Origin: Candidatus Latescibacterota bacterium
Lineage (GTDB): Bacteria > Latescibacterota > UBA2968 > UBA8231
DNA: 64,000 bases
NCBI GenBank assembly: GCA_965221775.1
Contig: CBDCSU010000005.1
Span: 32,001 to 96,000 of the forward strand
Direction: 5' to 3'
Under the pieces are notes generated by a model. The model was not told the origin of the DNA. It searched no databases and saw nothing but the letters and a program-made list of their open reading frames with translations. Below are positions 49,030-61,755 of the stretch, one piece after another; positions within the stretch are counted from its first letter, which is position 1; every line of letters starts with the position of its first letter. The position numbers and the translations under genes are program-made.

Positions 49030-50389
49030 TCTCCCTCCTCTCCTCCGCCCGCAGTCGCCGGTGCATCCACGCCAGCGCCACGAAGGAGGTGACCAGCCCC
49101 GAGGCGGCGAAGGAGAGCCACACCGTCTCCAGTCCGAGGTGGAAGACCCGCGTCAGGGTCCACGCCAGGGGGACGGAGATCAGCAGCACGCGTAGCGAGG
49201 TCAGGACCAGTCCCGGCAGGCCGCTGCCGAGCCCGCGGAAGACGCTGCCGGAGACGATGCCCACGGCGATGAAGGGGAAAGCCCAGGTGAGGACGCGGAT
49301 GTAGCCGACGGCGACGTCGACGATCGCCGGCTCGGTGGTGAACAGGGCGGCCAGGCGCGGCGCGAAGATCCAGAACAGGACGCCGATGGCCACGGCGAAG
49401 GCGACGCTGCGGGTGAGGGCGTAGCGGACGGTGGAGCGGATCAGGTCGACGCGGCCAGCGCCGAGGAACATGCCCACGACGGTGACCATGCTCGTGGCCA
49501 GGGCGATGACGGGGAGGAAGAACACGGCGTCGAGGCGGCCGCCCACGCCGAGACCGGCCACCGCGTCGGAGCCGAAGGCGGAGACGATGCGGTTGTAGAA
49601 CATGCCGCCCGCGGCCATGAGCACCATCGACGCCGACGACGGCAGGCCGACGCGCAGCAGGCCGGAGGCGGTGGCCGCCGAGGGCCGGAACCGGCGGAAG
49701 CGGAACTCCACGTAGCTGCCGCGGCGCACGAAGAGGTGGACGAGGAAGGCGCAGCAGACCAGGGCCTGGCTGACCACGGTGGCCACGGCGGCGCCCCGGA
49801 TCCCCATGCCGGCGGCGAAGATGAAGACCGGGTCGAGGCCGATGTTGAGCAGGGTGCCGGAGCCCTGCAGGGCCACGGGGGTGCGCGTGTCCCCCTCGCC
49901 GGCGAGGATGGCGTGGAAGGTCCCGTTGAGCAGGACGAGGACGAAGCCGGGCGCCAGGATCCCGAAGTAGCGGGTGGCCAGGCCCAGGGGCTCGCCCCGG
50001 GCGCCGAGGGCGCCGAACAGGTCGACCTGGAAAGCGACCGCCGCCGCGGCCGCGACGAGACCGGTCGCCAGGGCCAGGAGGACGGCGTGCTCGGCGGCGT
50101 GACCGGCGCCCGCGCGGTCGCCGGCCCCGAGGTGGCGCGCCACGGCGCTCGTCGCCCCCGCGCCGAGACCGAAGGCGATGCCGGTGGCGAGAAAGACCAG
50201 GGGCATGCTGAAGGTCAGGGCCGCCACCGAGGCGCCCCCGAGGCGGCCGACGAAGGCCATGTCGGTGAGGTTGTACAGGGTCTGCACGCCGATCCCGGCC
50301 AGGATCGGCAGGGCCAGCCGCCACACCGCCCGGCGCGGGTCGGCCAGGACCTCGGCGACCCGGTCGCCTCCGGCCTGCCGCTGGGTCAC
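49022..50389 (-). CDS. MATE family efflux transporter
   Basis: LALP...YNLTDMAFVGRLG, GDTRTP, NIGLDPVFIF, GAAVAT, ~12 TM. Confidence 0.94.
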   Translation of the reverse strand: MTQRQAGGDRVAEVLADPRRAVWRLALPILAGIGVQTLYNLTDMAFVGRLGGASVAALTFSMPLVFLATGIAFGLGAGATSAVARHLGAGDRAGAGHAAEHAVLLALATGLVAAAAAVAFQVDLFGALGARGEPLGLATRYFGILAPGFVLVLLNGTFHAILAGEGDTRTPVALQGSGTLLNIGLDPVFIFAAGMGIRGAAVATVVSQALVCCAFLVHLFVRRGSYVEFRFRRFRPSAATASGLLRVGLPSSASMVLMAAGGMFYNRIVSAFGSDAVAGLGVGGRLDAVFFLPVIALATSMVTVVGMFLGAGRVDLIRSTVRYALTRSVAFAVAIGVLFWIFAPRLAALFTTEPAIVDVAVGYIRVLTWAFPFIAVGIVSGSVFRGLGSGLPGLVLTSLRVLLISVPLAWTLTRVFHLGLETVWLSFAASGLVTSFVALAWMHRRLRAEERRESG

Positions 50390-50566
50390 GTCTTGGTCCG
50401 GGCGAGGCCGCCCGTCAGTGGACCGGCGGGACCGCCGCCCTCCCGGCTCGTCACGGTGCTTGCGGCCGCGGTCGAGCGTCCGCAGCCCCCTCGGCCGGTC
50501 ACGGTACCTGCGGCCGGGGGTGAGCGGCCGCCGCCAGGCCGGCGGGACCTTCCCTCTCCGCGCCGG

Positions 50567-51187
50567 TCACGTCACCGGCCCCCGGCGGCCGCCCTCGAGG
50601 CGGACGTACTCGAAGGCGCCGGGCTCGCGGGCGCGGGCGGCGAGATAGTCCTGGCGGCGGACGGCGTACTCCTCCTTGTCGTGGTGCGAGTCCCACTTGG
50701 GCACGAAGTGCAGCCGCCGGCGCTGGTGGCGCATGCCCAGCTTGCGCAGCACGCTGCCGGAGCGCGGGTTGTGGCTCAGGTGGGAGGCGGCGATCTGCTC
50801 CAGGCCCAGCTCCTCGAAGCCGAAGGCGACGACGGCGCGACCCCCCTCGGTGGCGTAGCCGCGGCCCCAGTGGCGCCGCCCGAACCAGTAGCCCATGCCG
50901 GCGTGGGTGTCGCCGCCGCCCAGGGTCACGAAACCGGCCAGGACCCCCGTGTCCCGCACATCCACGGCGAAGCTCAGGGAGCCGGAGGACTCGTAGCCCG
51001 GGCCATGACGGGCCAGCCAGCGGCGGGCCATCTCTTCGGTGTAGGGATACCGCACCGCCACCAGGGTGGAGGCGACCTCCCAGTCCCCCACCAGGCCCTT
51101 GACCTCGGCGGACTCGGCCGGCGAGAAGGGCCGCAGGCGAAGGCGCGGGGTCTGCAGGACGGGGAAGGCGGAGGAGACCTTCCTCAT
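50567..51187 (-). CDS. GNAT acetyltransferase (RimJ/RimL-like)
   Basis: LQTPRLRLRP, MGYWFG..HWGRGYATE, NPRSGSVLRKLG. Confidence 0.9.
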   Translation of the reverse strand: MRKVSSAFPVLQTPRLRLRPFSPAESAEVKGLVGDWEVASTLVAVRYPYTEEMARRWLARHGPGYESSGSLSFAVDVRDTGVLAGFVTLGGGDTHAGMGYWFGRRHWGRGYATEGGRAVVAFGFEELGLEQIAASHLSHNPRSGSVLRKLGMRHQRRRLHFVPKWDSHHDKEEYAVRRQDYLAARAREPGAFEYVRLEGGRRGPVT

Positions 51188-52428
51188 GCCGGCCCGAAGA
51201 ACGAGCCCTCGGCCTGGGCGCGCGCGTAGAGGCGGGCGAACTCCTCGGAGCCGTCGTCCTGCCGCAGCTCGAAGCGGTGGCCGCGGATCAGGCCCTCCTG
51301 GAAGCCCATCTCGCGCTCGAGGTTGGGCGGCCCCACCGAGTAGAGGGTGCGCCCCCCGGCGAAGCGGGTCACGCCGAGGACCCGCGGCATCCGGTAGGGC
51401 TCGCGCTCGGCCAGGCGGGTCAGCTCGTCCTCGCGGACCTCGACGCCGAGACCCGGTCCCTCGGGCACCGGCGAGCAGCCCTCGACGACGGGGATGCGCT
51501 CGGCCGCCAGGTCCTCCTCGTAGTTGTCGTCGAGGGTGATGGTGTGGGCCACCCGCGGCAGCACCGCCCCGAGGTGGAGGGCGAAGGCGGTGGCCAGGGA
51601 GCCGCCGGTGAGCTGGATCACCGAGGGGATGTTCGCCTTGGAGTAGGCGAAGCCGCGGTGCAGGGCGTCGCCGAAGCCGCCGCAGTACTCGCCGATGATG
51701 TAGCCGTCGGCGAGGCCGTGGATCATCTCCTGGAGGCCGCCGAGGGGCGGCACGTGCATGTAGAGGGGGATCTCGGTCTTCTCGCGCAGGCGCCGCCAGC
51801 CGTCGATGTCCCTCAGGTCCAGGGGGTCCTCGATCGAGCCCACGACCCACGACTTCTCCAGGCGCTTGATGATCGGCAGCACCACCCCCACGGAGCGGTT
51901 GTGGTTGAAGTCGTACTGGATGCGGAAGCGCTCCGGCGCGCTCTGCTCCACCGCCTCGTTCTGCTCGAAGACGTCGTAGTGGTGGCAGGTGTGCATCTTG
52001 AAGAGGTTGTAGCCCTGGTCCACGGCGCGGCGGATCTCGCGGCTCAGGACCTCGGGCGGCGCCGACCGCGTCCAGGCGGCGACGGCGACGCGGTCGCGGA
52101 GCTTGGTCCCCATCAGCTTGTACGCCGGGATCTCCAGGTGCTTGCCCATGGCGTCGTAGAGGGCCGCCGACAGGCCGAGGCACCACTGGCTCAGGCCGAT
52201 GTTGAGGTCGTGGTTGATGAAGTCGAAGGGGTTGCGCCCGATGAGGGGCTCCACGGCGGAGCGGTCGGGCGCGTAGCAGCGGTACTCGCCGTACCCGGTG
52301 ACGCCGTTGTCCAGGCTGACCTTGAAGACGACGCGCTGGTGGAGCTGCGCCATCGGCGGCAGGTAGTCGGGCAGATGCGGCCCGACCGCCGGCTCGACGC
52401 AGAAGACCTCGATGTCCTCGATTCTCAT
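51184..52428 (-). CDS. Mandelate racemase/muconate lactonizing (enolase superfamily) enzyme
   Basis: GVTGYGE, ALYDAMGK...P.YKLMG, FKMH, YDFNH, IEDP, PEGPGLGVE. Confidence 0.88.
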   Translation of the reverse strand: MRIEDIEVFCVEPAVGPHLPDYLPPMAQLHQRVVFKVSLDNGVTGYGEYRCYAPDRSAVEPLIGRNPFDFINHDLNIGLSQWCLGLSAALYDAMGKHLEIPAYKLMGTKLRDRVAVAAWTRSAPPEVLSREIRRAVDQGYNLFKMHTCHHYDVFEQNEAVEQSAPERFRIQYDFNHNRSVGVVLPIIKRLEKSWVVGSIEDPLDLRDIDGWRRLREKTEIPLYMHVPPLGGLQEMIHGLADGYIIGEYCGGFGDALHRGFAYSKANIPSVIQLTGGSLATAFALHLGAVLPRVAHTITLDDNYEEDLAAERIPVVEGCSPVPEGPGLGVEVREDELTRLAEREPYRMPRVLGVTRFAGGRTLYSVGPPNLEREMGFQEGLIRGHRFELRQDDGSEEFARLYARAQAEGSFFGPA

Positions 52429-52495
52429 GGAGCCTTCTCCCTCGGTTGCGGATTGCGGTTGCCCAGGCTGAGGAGCTGCGCCTCCGGGCCGTTCC

Positions 52496-52915
52496 TCACG
52501 GGTTGGGCGGCGAGGTGCAGATCAGGATCACCAGGGTCTCGCGGCCCGTGTTCTCGACGCCGTGCTCGCACCAGGGCGGCAGGTAGATGAAGTCGCCCTT
52601 GCTCACCTGGCGCTGCGAGTCGGCAAAGGTCATCCGCCCCTCGCCCTCGAGAACGACGTAGGTCTCCTCCGTCGGGTGCGATCCCGGCTCGAGGACGACG
52701 TGGGGCGGCACGTAGAACAGGACGAGGCCCAGGTTGCTCGCCGGCGCCTTGTCGTTGGCCGGATGCACGACGCGCACGCCGACGCCGTGGCACCCGGGGT
52801 AGACCACCGGCACCCCGTCGGCGACGCTGACGATCATCGGGTCCGGCGACTTCTCCGGCCGCGGCGGGCCCGTGGGCGGGCCGTCGTATCCCTTGAACTC
52901 GGTGATCTTCGCCAT
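52496..52915 (-). CDS. Cupin domain protein
   Basis: GSHPTEETYVVLEGEG, GDFIYLPPWCEHGVEN. Confidence 0.88.
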   Translation of the reverse strand: MAKITEFKGYDGPPTGPPRPEKSPDPMIVSVADGVPVVYPGCHGVGVRVVHPANDKAPASNLGLVLFYVPPHVVLEPGSHPTEETYVVLEGEGRMTFADSQRQVSKGDFIYLPPWCEHGVENTGRETLVILICTSPPNP

Positions 52916-53051
52916 GCTCTCTTCCTTCTCCTCGGGTGATGGTCGGGTCCGGCGGCCGGGGAAGGTACGCAAGGCGCCCCCGCCTCGCCGGAGCCGGGCG
53001 CGGTGACTACATTGCGCCGCTCCCGAACCCGAGACAGGAGACCCCGCCGCA

Positions 53052-53882
53052 ATGATGAAGCTTGGCTGCATGTCCCTGAGCTACAAGGACGAGTTCACCG
53101 CCGGACGCCTCGACCTTCAAGGGTTCATCGACCTCGCCCACGAGCTGCGCCTCGACGGCATCGACCTGCACACCCGCGCCTTCGGCTCCGAGAGCCCCGG
53201 GTACCTGCGCAACATCCGCATGCACGCCCTCAAGCGGGGCATCGCCCTCTCCTACATCGGCGTCAGCTCCAACTTCGGCGTGCCCGCCGGCGAGCAGCTC
53301 GACGAGCAGGTGAGCGGCGCCAAGCACTGGATCGACGTGGCCGAGTTCATGGGCATCCCCCTGGTGCGCGTCTTCGCCGCCTGGATCCCCGAGGGCGAGA
53401 CCGAGGAGGCCGTGTGGGCGCGCATGATCCCGTGCCTGAAGGAGGTGGCCGCCCACGGCCGCGAGAAGGGGGTGGTGGTGGGTCTGCACAACCACAACCA
53501 CGGCTGCGTCACCCGCACCGGCCGCGACGTGCGCCGCATCATCGAGGAGGTCGACGACCCCTACTTCTCGCACATCCTCGACACCGGGCAGTACGTCGGC
53601 TCCCCCGGCGCCAGCGGCCAGCGGGGCCATGAGGACCCGTCCCTGAACTTCTACGGATCCATCGCCGAGACCGCCCCCCTGGCGGTGCACGTGCGCTGCA
53701 AGATCTACCGGATCCAGTCGGGGACCGAGGAGTGGCTCGACTATCCCCGCATCTTCGAGATCCTGCGCGGCGTCGACTTCAACGGCTGGTGCTCCATCGT
53801 CTACGAGGGCCAGGACGTGGAGGCCGAGACCACGGCGGTGCCCAAGGCGGTCGCCTACCTGCGCGGCCTGATGAACGCCTGA
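53052..53882 (+). CDS. Sugar phosphate isomerase/epimerase (xylose isomerase-like TIM barrel)
   Basis: LGCMSLSY, RVFA, LHNHNH, LDTG, SIVYEG. Confidence 0.85.
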   Translation: MMKLGCMSLSYKDEFTAGRLDLQGFIDLAHELRLDGIDLHTRAFGSESPGYLRNIRMHALKRGIALSYIGVSSNFGVPAGEQLDEQVSGAKHWIDVAEFMGIPLVRVFAAWIPEGETEEAVWARMIPCLKEVAAHGREKGVVVGLHNHNHGCVTRTGRDVRRIIEEVDDPYFSHILDTGQYVGSPGASGQRGHEDPSLNFYGSIAETAPLAVHVRCKIYRIQSGTEEWLDYPRIFEILRGVDFNGWCSIVYEGQDVEAETTAVPKAVAYLRGLMNA

Positions 53883-53886
53883 GGCT

Positions 53887-55080
53887 TCAGGCCCTCTCCC
53901 AGCCCTGCACGAAGCCCTCCAGGGTGATCTCCGCGGGCAGGCTCTCGAAGCGGTAGCTCATCGGCCCGGACTGGTACCCGGGCACGTACTCCTCGCCGCC
54001 CGGGGCCTTCAGCATGTCGTCGAGGGGCTCGAACCGCCGCCACAGGGCTTCCAGCTCATCGCCCGTGAAGCGCGGCTTCAGCTCCCGGTCCTGGGTGAAG
54101 TCGCCGCCGTAGCCCGGGCGCTCGGGGTGGCTGCCGCGGGCCAGCTTGCGGGCCAGCTTCGACAGCAGGACGAGGCAGACCTCGCGCATCGATTCACCAG
54201 GGTGCAGGCGCGCCACGGCCGCGAGGAAGGCCGGCGCGTCGGCGGCGATGGCGGCGCGGAAGGCGGATTCCATCAGGTCGCACTCGGCGTCGTAGAGGTC
54301 GCGGTGCCGGCGCCAGGCCTCCCGGTGGGAGTCACCGAGGAAGGGGGACGGGTCGCCGCGCCGGTGCAGGCCGGCCACGTAGGGCAGCAGGTCGCCGCCG
54401 AGGCTGCGGTGCCCGAAGTGCACGGTGCGCCGCCGCCTGCGGCTGTAGTCGCTGCCCCAGTGCAGGATCAGGTTGGTGTAGACGACGCCGTCGCCGGCGG
54501 CCAGCTCCACCCGCACGCCGCCCGGCAGCGGCCGCCGCGGATCCTCGGCGAGGGCCGCGTTCTCGGCGGCGGTGTTCGGCCGCCGGTGGCTGCCGGGCAC
54601 CACCCACAGGAGATCGTCGTCGTGCAGGGGCAGGTTCCACTGCAGGTACCCGGGGCCGTTGGCCAGCAGGTCCCGCTGCAGGCCGGTGATCGGCGCCTGA
54701 TCGATGGGATGGATGTCCCGGTGCCAGGCGGCGGGACCGTGGTCGCGCACCGGGTTGCACATCATCATGAACTGGGTCGGCGCCGCCTCGGCTCCCATGA
54801 TCCGGCGGCTCACCTCCAGGGGCCGGCCGAGGAGCAGCTCCACCGCCGCCGCGGACTCGCCGTCCACCAGCCCCTCGTAGCCGACCAGCCGCGGCTGGGG
54901 TGACGTCTCCCAGACGCCGCCCGGCGGGTCCTCCGGGCCCCGCTCGCGGCGCCAGATCTCGCGCTGGCGGTCGACAAGGCCCTCGAAGACGCCGCGCAGG
55001 CGGTCCAGCTCCGATGGCGGGACGGCGTTGCGGACGATGCAGAAACCGTTCTCCAACAGCTCTGCCCGGAGATCGCTCAT
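53887..55080 (-). CDS. PhyH family dioxygenase
   Basis: ENGFCIV, WHRDIHP, WVVPGSH, AGDGVVY..LILHWG. Confidence 0.85.
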   Translation of the reverse strand: MSDLRAELLENGFCIVRNAVPPSELDRLRGVFEGLVDRQREIWRRERGPEDPPGGVWETSPQPRLVGYEGLVDGESAAAVELLLGRPLEVSRRIMGAEAAPTQFMMMCNPVRDHGPAAWHRDIHPIDQAPITGLQRDLLANGPGYLQWNLPLHDDDLLWVVPGSHRRPNTAAENAALAEDPRRPLPGGVRVELAAGDGVVYTNLILHWGSDYSRRRRRTVHFGHRSLGGDLLPYVAGLHRRGDPSPFLGDSHREAWRRHRDLYDAECDLMESAFRAAIAADAPAFLAAVARLHPGESMREVCLVLLSKLARKLARGSHPERPGYGGDFTQDRELKPRFTGDELEALWRRFEPLDDMLKAPGGEEYVPGYQSGPMSYRFESLPAEITLEGFVQGWERA

Positions 55081-55207
55081 GGCCGGCGGTCCTGTGAGAG
55101 GGGGTGAGTGGCTCGCGCGCCCCCGCAGGGGCACGCCGAGTGAAGCCCCTCGATGGCCGGGGCGCAACCGGGGCCATTCCGGCCCCGGGCCTCGGGGTTC
55201 TCGCGCG

Positions 55208-56098
55208 CTAGGGGATCCCCAGCTCGGCGCGGAATCCCTCGTCCTCCAGCGACTGCAGGTTCCAGTACGGGCGCCGCACCGAGGCCAGCAGCTCGCCGCT
55301 GGCGCCGGAGGAGTCCTGCCAGCGCAGGATCCGGTGCGGGTACTCGGTGTCGACCCACACGGTCTTCTGCCGCTGACCGTAGCTCCAGGTCCACGGCACG
55401 GCCCCCCGGCTCCGGCCCTGCACCTCCACCTGCTCCCGCCGGCCCTTGCCCAGGACCGCCTCCACCAGCGCCCGCGGGCGGTGACGGAGGCGCAGCTCCC
55501 ACAGGCCGGGCAGCAGCATCACGCCGCGGCTCTCCCCCTCCTCCATCAGCGGCCCCCGCAGCTCGCGGATGCGGATCAGCAGGTTGTCCTCGCTGACGAA
55601 CTCCGGCGGCCGGTCGAGGCGCCAGGACTCGCGCCCCACGCCCTCGAAGTAGCTGAACAGCTCCCCGTGGACGGCGCCGCCGCGCACCTGCGCCTCCTCG
55701 AAGACGTGGCCGCACCACTCCTGGGCGGTGAAGGTGATGCGCAGGGGCTCGAAGGGCCGGCCGCCGGCCCCGGGCTCCACGGCGCTGAAGACGGAGGTCA
55801 TCATCGAGTAGTCGTAGATGCCGGTGGTGAAGCGCAGCATCCGGTTGAGCTTGAGGGCGTAGATGCGGTCCGACTTGGGCGTGTCCGGGCTCTCCACCTT
55901 GATGCGGGTCCCGGCGTGCACGTCCTCGGTGACGAAGACGAGGACGGCATGGCCCTCGCGGGGCTCGCCGTAGCGCGGCTGCACCACGCGGTAGCCGGAC
56001 AACTCGGCGCGGCCGTCGGCCCAGTGCCCGTAGAAGTCCTGGGCCCGGGCCGGCGCCGCCGCCGTCAGCAGGGCGAGGGCCAGAGTCGTTGCTCTCAC
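55208..56098 (-). CDS. Conserved secreted hypothetical protein
   Basis: Signal peptide; W.DG.AELS.Y...QPRYGE.REG.AVLVFVTED, KLN....FTTGIYDYS, QEWCGH. Confidence 0.8.
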   Translation of the reverse strand: MRATTLALALLTAAAPARAQDFYGHWADGRAELSGYRVVQPRYGEPREGHAVLVFVTEDVHAGTRIKVESPDTPKSDRIYALKLNRMLRFTTGIYDYSMMTSVFSAVEPGAGGRPFEPLRITFTAQEWCGHVFEEAQVRGGAVHGELFSYFEGVGRESWRLDRPPEFVSEDNLLIRIRELRGPLMEEGESRGVMLLPGLWELRLRHRPRALVEAVLGKGRREQVEVQGRSRGAVPWTWSYGQRQKTVWVDTEYPHRILRWQDSSGASGELLASVRRPYWNLQSLEDEGFRAELGIP

Positions 56099-56303
56099 GT
56101 CGGTTCCTCCCCGAAGAGGGCCCGCCATCGGCGGGGCCCGGGTGATGAAGGGCCGGTGACGCCGGCATCCACGCGGGTCGAGGCCCGCGCGGCCCGGCGG
56201 GCGCAATGTAGGTGCAGCCCCCGGAGAGGATAAAGCCCCGGGCCGGGCGTGCACCCGCGGCAACGGAGCCTCCAGCTCCCCTGCGCCGGCCCGGGATTCG
56301 CCG

Positions 56304-56385
56304 TTGCATTGTGGCCCGGCGTGGCTATATTTGGGCGCACCGATCATCCGTTAGGCATGCCATACACCGCTTCGATAGCCCAAAC
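56304..56385 (+). promoter_or_regulatory. feoA promoter with three tandem operator-like boxes
   Basis: TTGCAT-N16-TATATT; TTGGG-N4-CCGAT (56331), TTAGG-N4-CCATA (56351), TTCGA-N4-CCAAA (56371), 20-bp period. Confidence 0.65.
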
Positions 56386-56397
56386 GGCGGAGGCGCC

Positions 56398-56685
56398 ATG
56401 AGAGCCTTTCTGGAGTGGTTCCAAGGGAGCGCGGAAGGGGATCTTCCCGAGAAGGGCCGCCTCTCCGAGTGGCGGCGCGACGCCGAGGCCGTCGTCGTCG
56501 ACCTGCCCGGGACCGACCGCCTGTCGGCGCGGCTGCGCGAGTTGGGGATCCTGCCCGGCGTGCGCCTCCGGGTCCTGCGCACCGGCAGCCGCCTCGTGGT
56601 GCAGATCGGCGAGGACCGTTTCGCCCTCCGACGCGCCGACGCCGCCGCCATCGTCGTGAGCGCCGCCGGACCCGCGGCGGCGTGA
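56398..56685 (+). CDS. feoA: Ferrous iron transport protein A
   Basis: RLRELGILPG..LRV....R.ALRR..A; GGAGG RBS; directly upstream of feoB. Confidence 0.88.
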   Translation: MRAFLEWFQGSAEGDLPEKGRLSEWRRDAEAVVVDLPGTDRLSARLRELGILPGVRLRVLRTGSRLVVQIGEDRFALRRADAAAIVVSAAGPAAA

Positions 56686-58847
56686 CGGTTTCGGTCGGCC
56701 TCGTCGGCAACCCCAACACCGGCAAGTCCACCCTCTTCAACGCCCTCACCGGTCTCTCGCAGCGGGTCGGCAACTACCCGGGCGTGACCGTCGAGCGCAA
56801 GGCCGGCTCCCTGCGCCTGCCCGACGGGGCCGAGGCCGAGCTGGTCGACCTTCCCGGCGTCTACAGCCTCTCCGTCGACGCGCCCGACGAGCGCATCGCC
56901 GCCGAGGTCCTCCTCGAGGGCCGCCGCGACGAGATCGACGCGGTGATCGCCATCGTCGACGCCGGCAACCTGCGGCGCAACCTCTACCTGGTCTCCCAGC
57001 TCCTCGAAGGGGACCTCCCCGTCATCGTCGCCCTCAACATGTGCGACGTCGCCGAGGCCCGGGGGGTGCGGATCGACGCCGCCGGCCTCGAGGCGCGCCT
57101 GCGGACGCCGGTGGTGCCCATGGTCGCCAATCGAGGCCGGGGGATCGATGAGCTGCTCCGCCGGCTGGCCGAGGCGCTGAAGGAAGGGCGCCCGACCCGG
57201 CAGCCGCCTCCCCTGCCCCCGGAGCTGGCAGGCCCGGTCGACCGCCTGCTGGCCGCCTCCGCGGAGGCGGGCGCGGCCCCGACCCGGCAGCAGGCGCTGC
57301 GCGCCCTCGTCGACGAGGGCGGCCCCTCGGAGCAGCGGCTGATCGAGGCCCGGGGCGACGGCTTCCGGCGACGGCTCTCCGACCTGCGCAACGGCGCCGG
57401 CGTCTCCGCTCCCCTCTCGGCGATCGAGTCCGAGGCCCGGTATGCCTGGATCGGGAAGGTCCTCGACGGCTGCGTCCAGGAGGAGGACCCCCTGGGCCGG
57501 AGCCACTCCGACCGCATCGACCGCGTCCTCACCCACCGCGTCTTCGGGCTGGCCGCCTTCCTCGGGGTCAGCGCCCTCCTCTTCCAGGGCATCTACGCCT
57601 GGGCGACACCCGCCATGGACCTGGTGGAGACCGCCGTCTCCACCCTGGGTGCCGCCCTTGGCTCCTCGCTGCCCGCGGGCCCCCTGCGGAGCCTGCTCGT
57701 CGACGGCGTCGTCGCCGGCGTGGGCGGCGTCCTCGTCTTCCTGCCCCAGATCGCCCTCCTCTTCCTGCTGATCGGGATCCTGGAGGACTGCGGCTACATG
57801 GCTCGCGCCGCCCTGCTCATGGACCGGCTCCTCGGCCGGCTGGGGCTCTCCGGACGCTCCTTCATCCCCCTGCTCTCCAGCTTCGCCTGCGCCGTGCCGG
57901 GAGTGATGGCGGCGCGCACCATCGCCGACCGGCGGGACCGCTTCGTCACCGTCCTCGTGGCGCCGCTCATGAGCTGCTCCGCCCGGCTGCCGGTGTACGC
58001 CCTGTTCATCGCCGCCTTCATCCCCGAGCGCGCCCTCCTCGGCGGCTGGCTCGGGCTCCAGGGCCTGACCCTGCTGGCCATGTACTGCCTCGGCGCGCTG
58101 GTGGCCGTGCCCGTCGCCTGGTTGCTGCGCAGGACCCTCCTGCGGGGGGAGTCGAGCCCCTTCCTGCTGGAGCTGCCGGCCTACAACTGGCCGACGCCGC
58201 GCACCGTGCTGCTGCGCGTCTACCAGGCCAGCCGCGCCTTCGTCGTGCGCGCCGGCAGCGTCATCCTCGCCGCCACCATCGTCATGTGGGCCCTGGCCTA
58301 CTACCCGCGGTCGTCGGAGATCGGGGCCCGCTACGAGGTCGAGCGCGCGGCCGCCGCGGTCCTGGCGGAGGAGGCAGCCCGCGAGTCCCGGCTCGCCGAC
58401 ATCGACCGGTCCGAGGCCGCCGACTATCTGCGGTCGAGCTACCTCGGGCGCGCCGGCCAGAGCCTGGAGCCGGTCTTCGAGCCCCTGGGCTGGGACTGGC
58501 GCCTCGGCATGGCCGCCCTCGCCTCCTTCCCGGCCCGGGAGGTGGTGATCTCCGCCCTGGGGACCATCTACAGCCTCGGATCCGACGTGGACGAGACCTC
58601 ACCGGACCTGCGCGACGGGTTGCGCCGGGCCACCCGGGCCGACGGCAGCCCCGCCCTGAACGTGCCCGTGGCCCTGTCGGTGATGGTGTTCTTCGCCCTC
58701 TGCGCCCAGTGCATGTCCACCCTCGCCGTCATCCAGCGCGAGACCTCCAGCTGGGCCTGGCCGGTCTTCTCCTTCGTCTACATGACCGCCCTGGCCTACG
58801 CCGGCGCCTTCGGCACCTACCGCCTGGGCGTGTGGATGGGCTGGTGA
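56682..58847 (+). CDS. feoB: Ferrous iron transport protein B
   Basis: GNPNTGKS, GNYPGVTVE, DLPGVYSL, NMCD, LEDCGYMAR, SCSARLP, REVVIS. Confidence 0.97.
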   Translation: MTVSVGLVGNPNTGKSTLFNALTGLSQRVGNYPGVTVERKAGSLRLPDGAEAELVDLPGVYSLSVDAPDERIAAEVLLEGRRDEIDAVIAIVDAGNLRRNLYLVSQLLEGDLPVIVALNMCDVAEARGVRIDAAGLEARLRTPVVPMVANRGRGIDELLRRLAEALKEGRPTRQPPPLPPELAGPVDRLLAASAEAGAAPTRQQALRALVDEGGPSEQRLIEARGDGFRRRLSDLRNGAGVSAPLSAIESEARYAWIGKVLDGCVQEEDPLGRSHSDRIDRVLTHRVFGLAAFLGVSALLFQGIYAWATPAMDLVETAVSTLGAALGSSLPAGPLRSLLVDGVVAGVGGVLVFLPQIALLFLLIGILEDCGYMARAALLMDRLLGRLGLSGRSFIPLLSSFACAVPGVMAARTIADRRDRFVTVLVAPLMSCSARLPVYALFIAAFIPERALLGGWLGLQGLTLLAMYCLGALVAVPVAWLLRRTLLRGESSPFLLELPAYNWPTPRTVLLRVYQASRAFVVRAGSVILAATIVMWALAYYPRSSEIGARYEVERAAAAVLAEEAARESRLADIDRSEAADYLRSSYLGRAGQSLEPVFEPLGWDWRLGMAALASFPAREVVISALGTIYSLGSDVDETSPDLRDGLRRATRADGSPALNVPVALSVMVFFALCAQCMSTLAVIQRETSSWAWPVFSFVYMTALAYAGAFGTYRLGVWMGW

Positions 58848-59058
58848 ATCCGGTGGACTGGCAGACTCCCCTGACCGTCCTTCTCGCCGCGGGCTGCGCG
58901 GTCTTCCTCCTCCGTGGCTGGCTGCGCCCCTTGTTCTCCCGCGTGGCCGGCGCCTGCGGCGGCTGCCACAGTTGCGGTCACGACGAAGAGGAGGGAGATC
59001 CGGGACTCGTGCAGATCGACACTGGCGAGGTGTCCGGCAAGAACGGGGCCTCCGCCCG

Positions 59059-59062
<4 letters not shown>
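58844..59062 (+). CDS. FeoB-associated Cys-rich membrane protein
   Basis: TM helix followed by CGGCHSC; GTG overlaps the feoB stop. Confidence 0.8.
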
Positions 59063-61650
<2,588 letters not shown>

Positions 61651-61755
61651 CGTTCCTCCTCGGCGGATTCGGTGATGACGGCGCGGACGTCCGACGGCCC
61701 TCGGCCCCCGGCTGCCGGGACCTTGGCGGTGCGGGATCGGATCCGGCCCATGGGG

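Noticed and set aside
50395-50575. Repeats as a possible CRISPR array
   Set aside because: Only two degenerate copies, no unique spacers of regular length and no cas genes
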